Origin: Thermoproteota archaeon
GTDB lineage: Archaea; Korarchaeota; Korarchaeia; Korarchaeales; Korarchaeaceae
DNA length: 28,715 nucleotides
NCBI GenBank assembly: GCA_027492205.1
Contig: JAOZFN010000012.1
Span: forward strand, 85,340-114,054
Direction of reading: 5' to 3'
Part shown: in pieces, positions 26,878 to 28,715 of the stretch
How the letters are laid out: each line of letters starts with the position of its first letter
Position numbering within the stretch: position 1 is the first letter of the stretch
The notes under the pieces: generated by a model
What the model was told of the DNA's origin: nothing
The model's database searches: none
What the model saw: only the letters and a program-made list of their open reading frames with translations
Translations under genes and position numbers: made by a program

Positions 26878-27081
26878 TCACCGCCTCCTCCCCAGGAACA
26901 GGAACGCCAGGACACCGAGGACCCCCAGGGCTATGACGACCGCCGACCACTTCACCTTCGTCCCGAGACCCCACTCGGTCCGCCTAACGATCAGATAGAG
27001 GCTGTAGACTTGGAGCGCGACTTGGAGGGCTATCAAGGGGAGCAGGAGCCTGACCACCTCGGCTAAGCTCACCACCACCAC
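26878..27081 (-). CDS. Small two-TM protein, PLDc_N-like
   Basis: LLPLIALQVALQVYSLYLI...KVKWSAVVIALGVLGVLAFLFLGR; start is one of the GTGs at 27072-27081. Confidence 0.8.
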   Translation of the reverse strand: MVVVSLAEVVRLLLPLIALQVALQVYSLYLIVRRTEWGLGTKVKWSAVVIALGVLGVLAFLFLGRRR

Positions 27082-27094
27082 CCCGCGGAATGAA

Positions 27095-27143
27095 CTACAC
27101 AATGTAGGAGCGGGGAAATATTTAAACGTCCTTACATCATGTC
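27095..27143. promoter_or_regulatory. BlaI/CopY-type operators flanking a TATA box
   Basis: CTACA-CAA-TGTAG (27095-27107), ATATTTAAA (27118-27126) and TACA-TCA-TGTC (27133-27143). Confidence 0.7.
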
Positions 27144-27158
27144 GTAGCTGGGGACAGG

Positions 27159-27569
27159 TTGCCGAGGAGGAGGGAGCCGCTCGAGCCCAGGGTCATGGAC
27201 ATCCTGTTCAGGAGGGGGTCGGCGACCGTCAGGGAGGTCCACGAGGAGCTGAGCCGGGAGAGGCCTCTCTCGCTCACGACCGTCGGCACCGTGCTCTCCA
27301 GACTTCACGGGAAGGGACTCGTGGAGCGGGAGTTCAGGACCGGCAGGGGAGGGGTGTACTACGTCTACAGGCCCAGGGTCAGCAGGGAGGAGTACGAGAG
27401 GAGCGTGGCCCGGGACGCGATCACGAAGGTGGTGAACACGCTTGGGAGACCCGGTCTGGTCAAGCTAATAGAGGAGGGGGCCGTTCACCTCAGCCCAGAG
27501 GAGCTCGGGGAGATCCTCAGGAGGATAGAGGCGGAGAGGTCCGCCGTGGGGGAGGGCAGTGGAGGGTGA
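27159..27569 (+). CDS. BlaI/MecI/CopY family repressor
   Basis: VMDILFRRGSATVREVHEEL...LSLTTVGTVLSRLHGKGLVER...YVYRPRVSREEY. Confidence 0.93.
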   Translation: MPRRREPLEPRVMDILFRRGSATVREVHEELSRERPLSLTTVGTVLSRLHGKGLVEREFRTGRGGVYYVYRPRVSREEYERSVARDAITKVVNTLGRPGLVKLIEEGAVHLSPEELGEILRRIEAERSAVGEGSGG

Positions 27570-28372
27570 CCCGCGCCCTCGGGGCGCTCGCGGCCCTCTC
27601 GCCTCTGGCCGCCACCTTCGGCCTCGCACTCTACTTCAGGAACGCCTGGGCAGCCGCGTTCCTGGGGTCGCTCGCCGCGGCGGGGGCGGCCTGGAGCGTT
27701 CTGAGCGGGAGGCTGGCCTCGGGGCAGCTGAGGGACTTCGTGGACCCCCCGCCCGAGGGCCTCTCCAGAGAGCTGGAGTCCCTGAGGTCGGCGCTGGGGG
27801 CGGGCCAGGAGGTGGAGCTGGGCGTCCTGAGGGATGACGAGCCGAACTCTCTAACGCTCTTCCTGGGCCCGGGGAAGTACCTGATCCTGGTGACTGGGGG
27901 GATGCTGAGGCTCCTCACGCCCTACGAGGTCCGTGCCGTTCTGGCCCACGAGGTGGCCCACGTGGCTGGAAGGCACCCCCTCCTCAGGGTGTTCGCGGCC
28001 GTTGAGGGCGTGCTGAACATACCCCTCGGGACCCTCCTGGGGGCAGCGGTCTGCAGGTGGCTGGAGTTCAGGGCGGACGAGGAGGGGGCGATGGCCTCGG
28101 GGAGGCCCCTGGACCTGGCGAGCGCCCTCGTCAAGGTGGCCATGGCCTACAGGGGAGGGCTGCCGGAGTCGCCCAGGGCGGTCAGGTGGACGGTGAAGAG
28201 CCTCCTCCTGACCGCGTCTGACGGGAGGGGCAGGCTTGGATCCTTGAGGAGGGCGTTCTCCTGGCACCCCGGCGTGGAGGAGAGGGTGGCCAGGCTCATC
28301 GAGATGGCGAGGAGGTCAGCCGGGGAGGGGGCGCCCGCCCTGAAATCCCCGCCGCTGCCGGCGGAGGGGTGA
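27566..28372 (+). CDS. Membrane Zn metallopeptidase (M48 HtpX-like / M56)
   Basis: N-terminal TM segments; AVLAHEVAH, EFRAD, LASALVK and HPGVEERV motifs. Confidence 0.9.
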   Translation: MTRALGALAALSPLAATFGLALYFRNAWAAAFLGSLAAAGAAWSVLSGRLASGQLRDFVDPPPEGLSRELESLRSALGAGQEVELGVLRDDEPNSLTLFLGPGKYLILVTGGMLRLLTPYEVRAVLAHEVAHVAGRHPLLRVFAAVEGVLNIPLGTLLGAAVCRWLEFRADEEGAMASGRPLDLASALVKVAMAYRGGLPESPRAVRWTVKSLLLTASDGRGRLGSLRRAFSWHPGVEERVARLIEMARRSAGEGAPALKSPPLPAEG

Positions 28373-28539
28373 CCCTGAGGGACGGGTCGGCCCCGCCCGC
28401 TCGGATCTGGATATTCGGGCGATCTCGACGGGCCACGTCTCGCGGCCGCCGGCTCGGGCGGCCCCCCGGGCCTCCCTCGACAGACCCAATCGGGTGTCTC
28501 AGCCCCAACTTAAATACCGGAGAGGCCCCGAATCGACGG

Positions 28540-28715
28540 ATGGGAATAACTGACGAACTCCTGAGGAGGCTGGAGACCGACAGAGAGTTCAGGCTGGCCG
28601 TGGCAGGGCTCCTGGGATACAGGGAGATACTGGAGAGACTGGAGGAGCATGACAGGAGGTTCGAGGAGATACTCAGGGAGATCCGCCTGATCAGGGAGGA
28701 GCAGGCCAAGACCTG
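28540..28715 (+). CDS. Partial archaeal coiled-coil protein (DUF3782/PaREP-like)
   Basis: MGITDELLRRLETDREFRLAVAGLLGYREILERLEEHDRRFEEIL...; TATA-like CTTAAATA at 28509; truncated by the window end. Confidence 0.75.
   Translation, partial: MGITDELLRRLETDREFRLAVAGLLGYREILERLEEHDRRFEEILREIRLIREEQAKT

Noticed and set aside
23256-28709. Long antisense or alternate-frame ORFs (e.g. 23456-24616, 25886-26638, 26216-26974, 28296-28709)
   Set aside because: Shadow ORFs of high-GC genes with no independent motifs

Overview
GC-rich archaeal DNA (TATA/BRE promoters, AGG-rich codons, type I-A/III-B cas genes), probably from a thermophile. Positions 1-22755 form a CRISPR defence island. It contains array 1 (37-nt repeat GAAGCAATCAGAGCCCTCCAAGGGCAGAGATTGAAAG, minus strand, runs off the window start), a type I-A interference operon (csa5-cas7-cas5-cas8a-cas3'-cas3''-csa3) and a type III-B operon (cas10/cmr2-cmr3-cmr4-cmr5-cmr1-cmr6 plus a second CARF-HTH gene). 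Divergent from cmr2 are three uncharacterised genes (putative nuclease-CARF, wHTH-CARF, CorA-soluble-like-wHTH). These are followed by a tandem Lrp/AsnC-like regulator with a divergent Pro-rich micropeptide gene, and then array 2. Array 2 is the standout. It has almost the same leader and the same first 14 repeat nucleotides as array 1, but the 3' 23 nt are different (TACGCCTTTTTTGCCCAGAACGT), with no hairpin and no ATTGAAAG handle. No cas1, cas2, cas4 or cas6 is recognisable in the window. From about 23.3 kb there is a BlaI/CopY + HExxH peptidase pair divergent from a PLDc_N + double ABC exporter operon, then the start of a DUF3782/PaREP-like gene. All family assignments are by-eye motif recognition; no searches were run.
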